Positions 12,100 to 26,235 of a DNA stretch of 64,000 nt are shown here, one piece after another. The notes under the pieces were generated by a model that was not told the DNA's origin, did not search any database, and was given only the letters and a program-made list of their open reading frames with translations. The stretch is taken from NCBI GenBank assembly GCA_976226885.1, contig OZ320314.1, forward strand, positions 47,058,001 through 47,122,000. The letters are read 5' to 3'. The translations under genes and the position numbers were made by a program. Each line of letters starts with the position of its first letter. Position 1 is the stretch's first letter. The stretch is from Iphione sp. A-MEVVRFRX5. Lineage: Eukaryota.

Positions 12100-13450
12100 T
12101 TCTGCTTAAAGAGTCAAGATTATTCAAAATCTGTGGTATAATGTAAGAGATTTATCTTCTAAATTTAGTGGTTGTAGATTTTGGTAAAACAAAGGCTGGT
12201 CCATCATTGAACAATGTTGCTTAGCCTGGTAGGATATTCTTAGGTACTGTGCATGTCGAACATTTGATTTACACAAAAGATCGATAATCGAAACGGTTCT
12301 CGTTTTTTTCCCTATCTTTTGCAACTTATACATGATAATTATGCAAACAGTCAATACCTGGTGGCGTATGTTTATAGAAATTTCAGGGAGCTGATGTTTG
12401 ACTGTAAAGATGAAATAGGCGTTAAATAGGGCTTTCTTAAAAATGTGATCAAAATGTTTAGTCATTGTTAGGGACATATAAATATGTAGGCCAAAATATT
12501 TATATTCATCAACACACTCAAGAGGATTTCCATTAATTACATAGTTAGCTTTCCTCAGATGGTCTTGCCAAGTTTTCCTAGCAGGTACAAACCATTTTTT
12601 GCATTCAATTTTAGATGATTCGATTTAAACCAGTTATCCAGCTGAGTAAACACAATGTTAGTCATGCCTTGTAATATATGTAGAGTCATATTGGTATCGG
12701 TGCAGATTATCATCGTGTCATCTGCAAGCAGTGTGCAATGGCCGTTTATAAATTTTAGAATATAATTATAAAGAGGAAAGCAGAGGGCTTAGTGTAGATC
12801 CTTGAGGAAAAATTAACTGCTTTATTCATTCCTGAATTATAGTTATTTGCAAAACAATATTGGGAACTGATAAAAGAATCAAAACATTGTGGAGTCCTAA
12901 TATTGAAATAGATATGTTTGAGTTTCTCCAGTAGTATGGAATGGCTGTAGGTTTCAAAAGGATTGAAGAAATCTACAAAATGCAGCAATATTGTGTTTAT
13001 TTTGCACACATGATGTATAGCTATGATTCAATACTCTGTGGATAGTAGTATGGGTACCCCTGTTTCTTCTGAAGCCAAATTGTTCATTACATAATAGAAA
13101 CGTCTTCTACAGATGAGAATATAGCTGACAGTAGATAAATTTCCTATAAGAGGTAGTGGGAAGTAGTTTTATTGGTCTATTCTTGGTCATTGTTGTTTTA
13201 TTTCCAACTGTGTATATTGACTAATTTTTCTTATATTTCCGCTTTCTACGTTTTCATAATAAATGTGGTTAAGTGATCCATACCTTGATATGTAATATGC
13301 TTCATATTGCTGGAAATAGTGTTAGTCCCTGATTTCTTGCAAAGGGTAATTCGAGTTTGTTTCTGGATGCGGTTAATTACATCATAGTTTCTAATGATGC
13401 TATGCCATTGACAACTTTTAGCAGACAACTTTAGCATTATTGCCCTCAAG
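12100..13450 (-). pseudogene. Degenerate LINE reverse transcriptase (CR1/L2 group)
   Basis: Frameshifted minus-strand motifs FETYSHSILLEKLKH, PQGSTLSPLL, LLADDTMII, WFKSNHLKLN and the C-terminal KLQKI motif. Confidence 0.8.
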
Positions 13451-16400
13451 TATTTATTCAGTGCTCATGCACAAAGTAATGCAAGTGGGCAATTACAAGA
13501 TTTCGCAACAGGGAAATATTTGCTACATGATCCATCCTGATTCAATTCTCTTTGAATGTAATTAGCTAGAGGTGGCGCTTGTTTAATTAGAAGAATAAGC
13601 GAAAACCTTATTTTAAATGAACATATATAGAGTCAGTCTACGTCATTTGGCTTCCTCCTCCAACTGGGCTTTAGAATATATATTTGTAGTATTATTAGTA
13701 ATGGAGCAACATTAGTCTATATTATATTGAAATTTTTGCTGAGAATGGATGTCGAAAATGCCTCTTTATGAAAGCAAGGGATACAATGAGAAAAAACATT
13801 TACTTACCAAGGGTTTATGGCAATTCGAGATCGAAAGCTGCTAAAGTTAGGTTATGACATGGCAGGAAAGGTTAACTGAGAGTATCTGACTTGGATTGCT
13901 GCGAGAAGGATTACCATAGTACCCAGACCTAAGTGTGAGATGTACAAGAGGTCCGTTGAGTAGGTATGTCACCGACTATAGTCGAAACTACCACTAAGGA
14001 TTACAAATAGCGACTCTATGTATTAGTAAAAAGTACGAGGACCGGCGATTACATGAAATAATGTCTGAGTTTACGAGGACATAATGATATGTATGATGTG
14101 CCGATTACGTCAAGAAGATTTGGTCCACCGAGTCGTAGACGAGTTGGCTTTCAACCCCGCTACTGGAACACACACACACAACAAGGTTGACCATGAAGTG
14201 AAATGGCAATCCAGAATGTTTCAGGTCTGCTGAGGTGTGCGTAGCATGCTTTAAGGAAAGAAAAGGCCAAGGTCAATGCTTTCTGTGAAACATATATACA
14301 CATTATAGGAAGACACAAATTTATGAAGACTCTGTAATTAAAGAAACATGGTAAAAATTTGAAAAGGAAGAGAGTGGGGGCTGTGGAGGGTCTCCCCCCA
14401 CATTAATAAAAGAGGGAAAAGGGAACATTTCTGGAGACTGTGGTAAAGATGTATTTAATTTCCTGAAAAAGCAGCAAATATTTCTGGAGGTAATGCTAAA
14501 GATACATTGAATTCATGAAAATCGGCCATTTATACTGGAGGTTCTGGTGTATTAATGAAAGAATATGATTGTCTAATTTTTGTTCAGCTTCTCTCTCAAT
14601 GTTCCCATCTTGTAAGGATTCTGTGGCTGAATGGATTGTACGGATTCTGTGGCTGAATTACCTGCCACAATTGACATGTGTGAGTTTGAGTCCCCTGAGG
14701 AACTTCACCATGAAAAGCAGCAGTCAAACATGTCAACCAAAACACGTGCACCTCATATAAAAGAGAGAAGACTGGAACAAGATGTCAAGAATACAAATAC
14801 ATGATAGAATGGACTCGGGGCGATGGTAGGGACAGAGAGAGAAAATGATGGCATGGGTGGTTTAAAAGTCTTTCTGCTCATATGTGGATACATTAGGAGT
14901 ACAAAACAGTCTTAAAAGGTACCATGCATAGAATGAAATTACTGAAATTGTGACTCAGGTATTTTCACTTCCCAAAATCTTGTTTGTTTTTGTTTTTGTC
15001 CTTCATGGCCATCGGACACAGCCGCTTGCCTTAAAGAGATGAATAAAAACTAGTCTGAGGTTTCGTTTTAATGAATGATGTATTGAAGGCTTTTGGCACA
15101 TGGGCCACAGCTGTATCCGAGGTGTTACCAACATCTTCACCTTCACCAACTTCTTCAAAGTCCAAACGCTTTCTATTGCAATTAAAGATTCCATCCTCAA
15201 ACCTACTCACCAAGGAAGCATCAAGGCAGGTACCATTGACAACACCACCATCTTCTTCTTTGATATCGAAGGTTCTGTTACCATCATTGATTAAATGTGA
15301 CAACCACCTCAACCATCTCTACTCCCATTTACACCTTGGCCTATGGTTAGAAATAACCAGATTTACCCCACTCAACCCGCACAAGAATTCTACTTGAGAG
15401 CAGTGCCATGGATGGTTAATAGAGACGTATTGGGTACGAGAGATTCTAAGGGTAAGTTGAATAAGTCTTTTTACATCTCTACTCAACAAGTGCATAATAG
15501 TGGTATTTGTGGTACTTTTTAATAACTCTTTATATCAAAAGTTAATAAAGTCCTTCCTTGCATCTGGAATAAGGCTCTTTTACTTACATCAAAAATACTT
15601 CTGTGATATTTTGTATAAAAAGACTGTTAAAATATGATGTAAAATGTTATAATATTCCATTTTCTTCATTATTCAGGCACAACTCTACACAAATCATGGC
15701 CCACCTGGCAAAAAAAAGTCAACTTGACGATGAACACATTCCAATGCCTACTCTATTTGGCCACCACTATCACACCTGACAAGAAATACTGAACCTAGGT
15801 GTGATTACAAACAGAGGGGAATACCTAAGAGAGCCTGATCAGCAGCTATACATTGTATTACTGACTACAGAGGTTGAGCAAAGGTTCATCTAGGTACAAT
15901 ACCCTATATCTCATACATAACATTCTATGCTAGGTTGGGTCATCATTACATTGGGGCTAAATGAAAGGAAGCATATTCTACACACCTTGGTAGTAACATC
16001 AACGTCAACTCAATTGATAACCTGGATGATACTACAAGACTCTAAACAGCCTCGACCATTGTAAAAACATTGTAACATAGTATCACTACTATTAAGAAAA
16101 ACATTATTGTATACTTACTATGATCATGGATATAAAAGACAATCTCATGGCAGTGGGTAGGGACATTACACCACACGTGAGAATGAACAACTTCTCTATT
16201 CAAAATAACAGTGACAGCAAGGAGGAAATGTTCTCTTCCCTTCCATAATTATGCCATTCATTAATCTAAGATGACTGAGGTCATTAGTGTAACCAAACTC
16301 TCTACTAATGATGACATTACCACTTCTCTCCCACTAGGTACTATCTCACATAGTACTCCTATATCCACGCCAAGTGACTGCCATCCTCTACCTAATGTTT

Positions 16401-18049
16401 CAAACCACCCTCACTCTGACATCAATGAGACACATTTCCAGCCCCAGACATTGAACCCCCAAAATAACCAAAAATCACTCTCCTGCTTGTACACATATGG
16501 TTTCACTTGGAAACGCATTCCTACTAGTAATCTATCCTTCTATTTAAGTACAAGCCTGACTTGATATGAATTCTTATCTACTGTAGTGAAATGTATTCTG
16601 GGCTGGCATTGACCAATACAGTGCAGATCTCACAGGTACACCAACTTCACAAAATGACCATCCTGCCTTAACCTTAGCAGTCTGTCATCACCACCTGTCC
16701 CATCTGCTACATAAGAGCATCAAATACACCCTACATAGCATCCAAAGTTTTCACAAACCTCGATCAGAGTAAATACAATGAAAACCCATCTACCTTCTGT
16801 CATTATAAGATAGTATCTTACAATACTTTAAACCAAACCAAAAACCAATCTCGATGATATATGCTTCACATGTCTTCAGGCACATTTAAAAATAATCCAT
16901 TTGCAAGGTATTGCTGCGCACTTCTCATCACAAATGCACTAAAACCATAACATACCAATCAAATTTTCATCATCATTGTATATAGATGACTACTATTACC
17001 AAAATATCTGATTATTCTAACCACCACTCTTCAGTAGTAAACCATTAGAAAGAAACAATCATTACAGCTGCCTATATATATGGAACCAAGAACAATTAAA
17101 AGAACACTCAAAGAACATAGAAGAAGGACCGCTTTATATACATGTATCCTACTTATGTAACCAGCCAGGAAATTCATACAATATGTTCCTGTGCTCAAAT
17201 TGCCAAACGGAACATCATCAAGAGGTATGTACATTTAAGAAATAAGATCTTACTTAGAACGGAAAACAATAAGGGATGACCTACGTATGAAAGAAATTCA
17301 TACAATATGTTCTCATGGTCAAATATAACGGCATCAAATGGTATGTGCATTCAAAAAATGCAAACAACTCTGAAAAACCTCTACTTTCTTTGATTTTTAC
17401 CTTTCATACTCTAATTCGATTATAGCAAAGTCTGAATAGCCTTGCGGTTAGACAATTGCATCAAACATCAGTCAAATTCCCTGCCAAAACAACAAGTAGA
17501 GGTGGTGCCACCCATTGTCAGACGCTATCACTAAAACCAAAATCTGGTTTGTACTGGCAGCAAGTTTCCAAATCTCTTTATTTCATAGTCTGGTCTGACA
17601 CCCAAAATCAACATATATATACTACTCTTTCTTCATTTCTCATTTGTTTTTGTTTCCCTATAATTGTACATCAAATTGTGTGTTATTAGTCCAGAATAAA
17701 CAACATATAAAAAAGAACAAAATCCTTGTACACAGGAGGCATAACGGTAAAATGATTTATTTGCAGTTGTTAGATAAAGAATAACTTTCGGAGAAATCTG
17801 GACAATGATTCATTGGACGAAAAGGGCATACAACATGCAAAAATTGACACATCCCAATGAAAATTTTCCTTCAAATAAAAACCAACAGAAACAAGTCACC
17901 CATAGGTGATACTCATTTGTATAAAACCACATAGCAGTATCATATTTGTATCTCATGTTTGAATAAATTATATTGAGATGATGGTGATTTTCTTCATGTA
18001 ACAGGTACATAATTATATTAGTATTGAGCACAGATCAAAACTGTTGGCC

Positions 18050-18240
18050 ATTAAAGATGTACCTAGGATGTTCTAAGAATATAAATAAATGTTTTTGTAA
18101 GAAAGGGAAACTCATAGAGCTAAAAGCAATACTGTACATAGATCATAAAACCCACCCAATGGTAAGGAGGATGCATTTGTATACTGGGATTAATCTCTGG
18201 AACGAATTACCACAGGTGGTAAAGGCAATATTGTAATTTC
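18050..18240 (+). pseudogene. LINE (CR1/L2-like) ORF2 C-terminal fragment
   Basis: YTGINLWNELPQVVK resembles the GxxLWNxLP motif at CR1/L2 ORF2 ends. Confidence 0.45.
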
Positions 18241-18913
18241 CTGAAAATTCCTCTTATTTCAGGAAATCAATATTTAATTAGATGTACAGAAATGGGAGTC
18301 AAGTGAAATCTATAGATTAAAACATATACATTATATACAGGTGCCAAAAGGCAATATGTGATGTATCATCCATCTATGCAGAAGTTTACATGCTTTTAAT
18401 TATGATAGTTGCGCAGATACCCACAGAAATAACACATCTCTGTCTTTGTCTTTACAAAAGAAAGGTCCTATGGCTCAATTCGTTCTGGCGAGCAATTAAA
18501 ACTCGTTGCTCATGACTATGAGCTGTGGCAAAATCATCACCCTTGACGTTATCACCATCTGGTGAATGGGAGACCCCTATGCACACGCAAAACATGCACA
18601 CTAAATGTGTTTTTCTGTGAGAAGAGGAATTGACTCTTCGGGATATGAGGATGAGGATGGACTGTAAGTTTAAACATATATACACTGATATATGTATATT
18701 ATGTATAACATTATATATCCAGGGTTATCTATTCAGCTGTCTGACGATGCCAACAGGGAAAATTGGGTAATTGGATACCACATAAAAAGCATCCAAGAAT
18801 ATATATCATTCTAATTATCAATGTTGTTGCTTTGGATTTAAGAGATTTCCTCTGTCCGTTGGATCACATTGTAGCAGGTTGAGATTCGCTATCTGGTCAT
18901 GAACATCCGGGTC

Positions 18914-18973
18914 CTAATCATCTTCCTTGCCAATGGATCGGATGAGTAAGCATGAGCAGATGATTCCAAGAAG
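18914..18973 (-). CDS. Tetraspanin coding exon 8 (end of TM4, tail, stop)
   Basis: ttacag|LLGIICSCLLIRSIGKEDD-TAG. Confidence 0.85.
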   Translation of the reverse strand, partial: LLGIICSCLLIRSIGKEDD

Positions 18974-20444
18974 CTGTAACACAGAAGACAGAATAATGCG
19001 TTACCTAGTTTGACTGGGGAAAATCCGGTGCAAAACGATGACAAGAAAAGAAAGATTACTTGAGTAAATAATTTATTCCTGTTCAAGCCAATTTATTCAT
19101 ATTGTAACTATTTATTAGACAGCACATCGCAGAAAAGTATCGTTCACCTATCCACCAGCAATTAAGCTGCCATCAATACTATCTGTACATATTCTGTTTA
19201 TGCAACCTACTGTTTCAGCTAAGCGCATCACTGTACCATGACCAGGAATCAAACTGTACATATAAGTAAATAAAGACCCGCCAAAAGAAATAATTGACCG
19301 TAATATATCTATACAAAAACTGTTTCAAATACCCTTTTCTGTTCCCCTTTCTTATATTCTCTCGTACCTTAATTGCCCTTTAGTCACCTCATGAAAAATC
19401 TTTAGATCGCTCTCAATCTTATTCGCCGCCCTCCCCCTCCCTTTTCAACCCTCATCGACATTCCCTGTGTCCCATCATATCTTGGTCTGTATCTTTCTTA
19501 CAGTTTCTATTTTTCGCCGTCGTTCTCTTTGTCAGACTTTTTCCCCACACTTCCTGTTTTTTCTCTCTCGTTTCGTCTTGCTTACTGATACGCCAGACCC
19601 TATGTTTGTCTCTTCTCTGGTGTACTTTTCCCCTTCTACACTTCTATTCATTTATCAATCCAAGGCCTTGGGTGGCCTTACTTGTCCCACTATGACAAAA
19701 AATACACGCCTGAAGTGGACATTCTACTGACGTCAACAATGATGATTCAACAAGGACAAGGATGGTAATATAAAGATAAAAAGAGCAGTGAACAGAGGTG
19801 CAATCAAGAAGCACGAATTGGTCCTGGCTGGACGAACAGACTTTGTTGCTATCTAAAATGCTTGAAATGATACCAAAATATATAAGTGACAAGTGTCCAC
19901 AAAGTAAAGTATCATATTGCAATATGAATTCATTTAACTATATACTTAGTAATTTGTAGAACCATAACATCGTGATAAGGCTTGTACGGACAGATAATAT
20001 AGACCCCTCTCCTCTTGGATGCAGCATGGGTCTAATACGAGAATGTGACTAATCTTCTGCCTACCTCAATAACAAGGATGGTGACGCCGACGGCGATGGC
20101 AGCTATCGTATAGGTGTTTAGGTAATTCAACATTTGGGCGTAGCAGTTCTGGAAATGAAAAAGCAGTCGGTCAAATTCCAAAGGATGTTAAGGGAAATCT
20201 TTTGAAAAAAACGAACGTTTTATTTATATCACTCCATTAAATAGGCCGCGCATGCGTAGTCTCTCTTGACCCTGGATATACGAATACATGTATACCCTTG
20301 ATCCTCAGTAACATGAAACAATAATGGGGGACTTGATCCCCCCCCCTCTCTCTCTCTCTCTCTCGCTGTCTGGGTCTCTCTCCACTCTCTCTCTCTCTCT
20401 CTCTCTCCACTCTCTCTCTCTCTCGCTGTCTGGGTCTCTCTCCA

Positions 20445-20509
<65 letters not shown>

Positions 20510-23500
20510 CTCCTCACTATCCACACATTAAGCATACCCTGGCAGAAGTTCATCCAAACCTGCCGAAGCCTTATCTGTAGACTCACCACAGTGTTGGTGT
20601 ACGTGGGGTTCGCACTCGTCAGACACTCGCTGCTGTTGGTGAAGTAGCTGCCAAAGTTGGAAAGATCAGCCAGCAGCCTTGTCTTGTCAGTAGTCTTGCA
20701 GCAGGATATCGGCACTTTGACATTGGAGAGGGTGTACCCGCTGTAACTATAGGTGGCGTTCCAGTTGACGGCATAATTGGCGAAATCGGAGTAATTGTAT
20801 GCACCACAGCACTCGAGCTGTAAAATACAAATGTCACGGATATGCTTAGAAAGTCTATGCTTATTGTCGCGGCAGTCTTCACAGTGTATATATTGGTCTC
20901 ATTGATGAAACACGTTTTGAAATTTCAATCATATTCCTCAATGTTTTCTTGGTTCAAGTTATGGGGAAAATATTTCATCATCAATGCAAACGTTGGAGTA
21001 GTAGTAATGAATTACAAAAAAACTGAGTGCCTCCTTTGACGAAAAAAGTCAGGAAATATCCACACATAATTTTGGTAATATTTCGGGAAGACTAATTATA
21101 GCTTTAGAAAAAATACAAAGAGGGCATGTAAAATTATGCCTTACCGAAATCATGACAAAATCCCAGGCGGCTGAATAGGGCTCCACGGACTCTGTCAGTG
21201 CCCCATTCGTAATGGTAAGACCTGGAAATATGTTCACAGAAAGGATTATTACAAGGCCTTTGACTGGGGGTAGATTCTATTGATCTACTGGCTTCGTTTT
21301 GGTTTCGGAGGAATAAAAATTGCGCACCATAAAGAAGGACGTCCTCGTTCGATTCTTTGGCCACTTATAAGATTAAAAGATGGGGGAAATATAAGAGACC
21401 CAGAAAACAGTGTTTTTCTGTGCAACCAACCATCAAATTTCTATTGCTTAGTATATTTTACCGTCTTTTAGGGATAAATCCATTTAAGGTGGAGTATCAT
21501 GTAAGGCGGCACATTGATATAACGCTGGAATGAATCTTTGAGCATACACCCATGTAAGTCTGATTGTAATATGAAGCTGAGGTGTATCTCGGAAGGCACA
21601 TCCATGTAACGTCGACGTTTGTCTCTTGGGGGTAGATCCATGCAAGGCCAGGGTGCATCTCTAAGTATGTCGATTGAAGGCTGGGATATATCTCTAGGGA
21701 TGCATCTATTTCATGCTGATGTGAACTCTGGTCCAATTCTTCTCTGTAGGGCTCAGGTGTATCTCACGAAATACATTAATGGAAGGCTGGGATGTATTTC
21801 TAATAATTCATCCATATCATACTAGGACGCATTTAGAGGGATGCATCTATATAATGTTGGGTGTATACTAGGGGTAATTCCATATATGTTTATGGTGTAT
21901 CTCTGGGGATACATCCATGTAGTCTAGGGATGCTAGGAATCTCTGGAGATACGGGGGCATGAAGTAATCCGAATCAAAATTAGAAAAAAGGACATCTAAG
22001 TATGAAAAACTTAGTCTGAGACCACCGGTAATACAGCGTAAAGGCCAGTCAAAAGCCTTGTGGCTGGCGTACGAGATAAAAATGTTCAAAACTTGACAAA
22101 CACTTTAAAAAACCTTTTGGCAGTTTCAGAGAGAAGCAAAAGAAATAAGAAATGAATAAGTAGATAAAATATGGCACAAGAATCCAAGAGCGAGGTCCCA
22201 GCCAATCCATCCTGTTGGGCAGTAAACATTTGAACGAATGAATGGTTTGATAAAGCATTGGCGCAGTACGCACTTCACTGCAGCCCTCTAGTGTCCACAC
22301 ACCAAGATTTCATTAACACAAGCGATGGTAGCCCATTCTGAACATACTCTAGGATCAAGATGCCCCAACTGTCTTGATTAACAGCTGACAGTATATTATA
22401 GGGTCAACATCATCTTTCTGGTCAAGGTCAAAGTTACTAGAAAGACGCTTAATGGTCATTTATATAAATACGGTCTGTTTGTTTGCCTAGTGTTTCCACT
22501 GAGATTAACTTACCTTCATATTTCTGGGCGATTGTTGTGTTTAGGAATGTCAGGAGGTTTGCAACGACCTGAAAAAGAGAATTTAATATCTATAGGACTG
22601 TAATAACTAGAAAGCGAAACATTGAAGAGATAAGGAATTAAGAATTCATCCTTACCAGAATTACCACAATATTCCAAAATCAGTTGGAAGTAACTAAGGC
22701 TGGTTGTCCATGTGCACATATCGCCATGTCACTGTGTTGGCCTGTATGTTCCTCTTGATCCTCTGTTAATCTGGTAACCTCTGTATACCCATCATGGAGC
22801 GTATTTACCATGTTTTTGTTTTACAAATCTGATTACAATTACCGTAACCAAAAACATGCCTGAAATATGCATTACATTCATGGCAGAATGGGATGTTCCA
22901 TTCTGTGCATGCATGTATGGACTCCTGTTAACATCATTCCCAAACAGCATTACAACATGCTTACATACCTCACACGGATAACATGCACATGGACACCTAC
23001 CCTAAAAGATGTCTGGTGATCAACCACTTTTCTCGGAAATGACAGTCTGTAACCGTCACATTAACAATTATACAACCTTGTTTTATATTCAGCCATAATA
23101 CTGGCAAACAGATACACGGGTAAGATCAGAATGACTTTACTTACCCTGAGAACTGACCATATACTGAAGTTTTGCGGAACATTTGCGATTGGGACAATTA
23201 AAAACAACCATCGCTAAAATAATTCATGTTACCCCTCGGACAAAACCTCTCTTGATTCATGAATTTAGATGCTAACTTCTGTAGAAAATGTAATTATGGT
23301 GTTAACTTTGCAATAACGTAGGAGGCATGACCACAACATTCTTCATGCCATAAGCGGGTAGTATCCTATCCTACTGCCAGTCAATTTCAATGCTTTTTGT
23401 AAATAAAATAAAATAGCGGCGAACACCAACCTCTCTCGGCATACTTACAAGATCTTTGTAGAGGAATGTGATGACGACAGCAGCAATTTGAGCAAGAAGG

Positions 23501-25392
23501 ATCAGTATAACAAAGATGGCATACTGGAATTCACAAAATGAGCAAATCATTACCGACAATTATTACAAATCATTAAAGCAGAACATAGCATACTGGTAAC
23601 ACCTGTCACTATTACCACTAGGGCATATCAGAGCTCTACGGGCAACGCCTTTCTCTACAGATTTCACTTGATATATATACTACTTGTAGAAGGATAAGGA
23701 TAAAACAATGCTCCCAGCATTGATCACTAACAAGCAGACATTGACACTGAACTATCCACTGCATAATCTCACTTTTGACACGCGTGATATACCTCACTTC
23801 AGGGGCACACGGAGGAGTAGGAGCTAAGGATGGCCTGTATATGGTGTAGAAATGGTGGACCCCACATTAAGGTCTGAATTTTGACCAGGTATCATAAACT
23901 GACTATAAATGGCTCTTAGGTGGGTTTTAAATGTTCATGTATTTTTCACGGTGCATTGTGCATCATACTCTCCATAGAGATGCATCATGATCATATAATA
24001 CCACATGACTATCAGATGCCTTCTACAATGCTTTTCTATGGAGAAACACATTTGTTTACATAAAAAATACCAGACTAATTCAAGAAATGCTAACAGATTC
24101 GTGAGCATAACCCATGTGTGCATGTGAATAAGCTACTTGAGTTTGATTTATTTCCAGTTATGCAAACATGTCCATTGATATAAAATGTGTACATGTGAAA
24201 CTGGCATTAAAAGACATCCTATATTATATCATAGTTCTGATCGTTTAACGTATGCGGTCTTACATGATAAGTCCCCCCCTTAATGTATACCTTTCACTCT
24301 GTACCATGGACTGACCATTTATAGGATAATATTAAATCTTAATATCATACATTGTATTGAAGACTGACTCTGCTTGGTCTTTATCTGATATACCCCACAC
24401 CCGGATCATACTTTTGATCTGACCGTATGTGATTTTTTTATGGTATAATCTTTAGATTTGAGCACTATACTTACAATAAACAGCATACACTTGTTCTCTT
24501 TAATGGCTCCAAAGCAGCCGCAGAAACCAATGAGGAAGATGACACAGCCAACAGCGATGAGTATGTAGGCTGCCCTCTCGAAGAGGCTGGTGTACGTGAG
24601 CACTTGGTCTACTGTCTCGGTGGCGCTTGGCACGCGCGATAAGACAGACGTAATCACCGACCTGTCGACGATGGCAAGGATTCCCACAACGGCAAGGCCA
24701 ATGCCCAGCAGCTGTAGTACACAGGGAAAAAGGCATTGAATAGGACATGAAAATATGTACTTGTGCATGTATTTGAAGGTGTTATCAGATTGACATATAT
24801 GCAAACTCGAGTAAGGTTGAAAAATACACGGGATAAAGTGATCTAGAGATCGATAGTGAAATGGTCATCTGTATTATTCATATATTGCATGATCTATACA
24901 TCGAATGAAATCTCTAAGCGGGACACGTCTTAAATAAGGGAAGTTTAGGATGAGAAGCATGGGTGTCCCGATTAGAGGCTTTCCAATCTATGACACAGCT
25001 GTTACCAGGGTGAGTATAAATTATAATGTAAAAGAAAATCTGGAATTTACTTTCATTTAATTATAGCACCCGTTGCATATTTCTCTGTTTATAAACAAAG
25101 CTAACATCCTATAAAGGGAATAACAGATTTTTATGGGCTTTTCATGGCAGGTAGTTTACTCTTTATTTTGCACACGCAATCTATTTCTTAAGCTACATGA
25201 AGTCATCATTTCACGTATCGCTCGATACGTTTTTCTCAAGACTGGAAATAATCCAAACTAACGCCCGCACGTGGTCGCATAATCTCATTAAGAGGCTTTA
25301 TGCTCAATATGTGACCTATATGTCATTATACTTACAAAGAAAATTGTGTTGAGGAAAATAAGGAGGCCTTTCGTGACGGTTTTACTGCACAT
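18914..25392 (-). CDS. Tetraspanin gene, 8 coding exons, about 291 aa (TSPAN1/18-like by inference)
   Basis: Exons 25392-25336, 24711-24475, 23523-23449, 22568-22514, 21221-21145, 20817-20587, 20148-20065, 18973-18914, all GT-AG and phase-compatible. Four TMs, GFCGCFGAIKEN, and EC2 with CCG, PISCC and two further Cys. Confidence 0.95.
20065..20148 (-). CDS. Tetraspanin coding exon 7
   Basis: ttccag|NCYAQMLNYLNTYTIAAIAVGVTILVIE|gtaggc. Confidence 0.9.
20345..20510. repeat. Compound (CT)n microsatellite with a duplicated cgctgtctgggtctctctccac insert
   Basis: Seen directly; intronic in the tetraspanin gene. Confidence 0.9.
20587..20817 (-). CDS. Tetraspanin coding exon 6 (EC2 variable region)
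   Basis: cag|LECCGAYNYSDF...VPISCCK...SECLTSANPTYTNTV|gtgagt. Confidence 0.95.
21145..21221 (-). CDS. Tetraspanin coding exon 5
   Basis: ttccag|(G)LTITNGALTESVEPYSAAWDFVMIS|gtaagg. Confidence 0.9.
22514..22568 (-). CDS. Tetraspanin coding exon 4
   Basis: tttcag|VVANLLTFLNTTIAQKYE(G)|gtaagt. Confidence 0.88.
23449..23523 (-). CDS. Tetraspanin coding exon 3 (TM3)
   Basis: ttccag|YAIFVILILLAQIAAVVITFLYKDL|gtaagt. Confidence 0.92.
24475..24711 (-). CDS. Tetraspanin coding exon 2 (TM1-TM2)
   Basis: ctacag|LLGIGLAVVGIL...GFCGCFGAIKENKCMLFI|gtaagt. Confidence 0.95.
25336..25392 (-). CDS. Tetraspanin coding exon 1
   Basis: MCSKTVTKGLLIFLNTIFF|gtaagt; an acceptor ttgcag opens the exon at 25413, implying an upstream non-coding exon. 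Confidence 0.88.
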
Positions 25393-25789
25393 TTTGATTG
25401 TTTGATGCTTCTCCTGCAACGGGAAAAATACAGAAAAATAAGTCAATGAACTTGTTGCTTTTAATTTAGAACAAAATTAAGAGGCAGGTACAAAGGCTCC
25501 GCATATCGGTTGCTTTCTCAGGTTATGTCATTTAGAAAGCTGGTTTAACGCATTAGAGTATTTATTTTACAGACTACGGGGATAATCCTGGCACAGTCGC
25601 AGTGCTCAATCTTATGAATCACCTATCAAGGCATTAAATTGTTACACTAGCTGGAGAGAAGAGAATGACAAGGAGAAGAGATATGCAGGAAAATAATATA
25701 GAAACGATGGTTATGGCGACGCGAGCCAACAGGAGAGGAACATGGTGGGAAATTTTTCAATAAACGAAAATTGAAGTCTTTGGGAGAGA

Positions 25790-25921
25790 NNNNNNNNNNN
25801 NNNNNNNNNNNNNNNNNNNNNNNNNNNNNNNNNNNNNNNNNNNNNNNNNNNNNNNNNNNNNNNNNNNNNNNNNNNNNNNNNNNNNNNNNNNNNNNNNNNN
25901 NNNNNNNNNNNNNNNNNNNNN
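25790..25921. other. Assembly gap (N run)
   Basis: N characters next to GA-rich sequence. Confidence 1.
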
Positions 25922-26149
25922 AGATAGAGAATGAAAGAAACACCAAAATCTTGATCATTATATAATGTTAAGGTCGAGGGTAGACCTTAGTTGAGGTTAA
26001 GGCAGGCAAGAATTCCAGAGACAGTGAGAAAGAGAAACATACCATATTGTGAAACAGAGGCATATCGTATACAATAGAAGTAGAAAGTATACTGCAACAA
26101 AGACAAAATGGCGCAAAACAGCGCCAGGATGAGGGTGGGGAGGAAAGAG

Positions 26150-26235
26150 GCGTAAGAGAGAGAGAAAAAGAGAGGAAGAGAGAGAGAGAGAGAGGAAGAG
26201 AGAGAGAGAGAGAGAGAGAGAAGGCGAGAGAGAAA
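26150..26235. repeat. (GA)n microsatellite
   Basis: Direct run. Confidence 0.9.

Noticed and set aside
14000-14260. Possible piggyBac Cys-rich domain (ECFRSAEVCVACFK)
   Set aside because: Short isolated motif with no transposase homology or TTAA-bounded ends nearby.
15000-15320. Acidic coding-like minus-strand frame (DFEEVGEGEDVGNT)
   Set aside because: No recognisable family, no convincing splice sites, and stops on both sides; left unresolved.
18452-18685. Possible alternative last exon of the tetraspanin
   Set aside because: No suitable donor upstream of the TAG at 18914; most likely 3' UTR.
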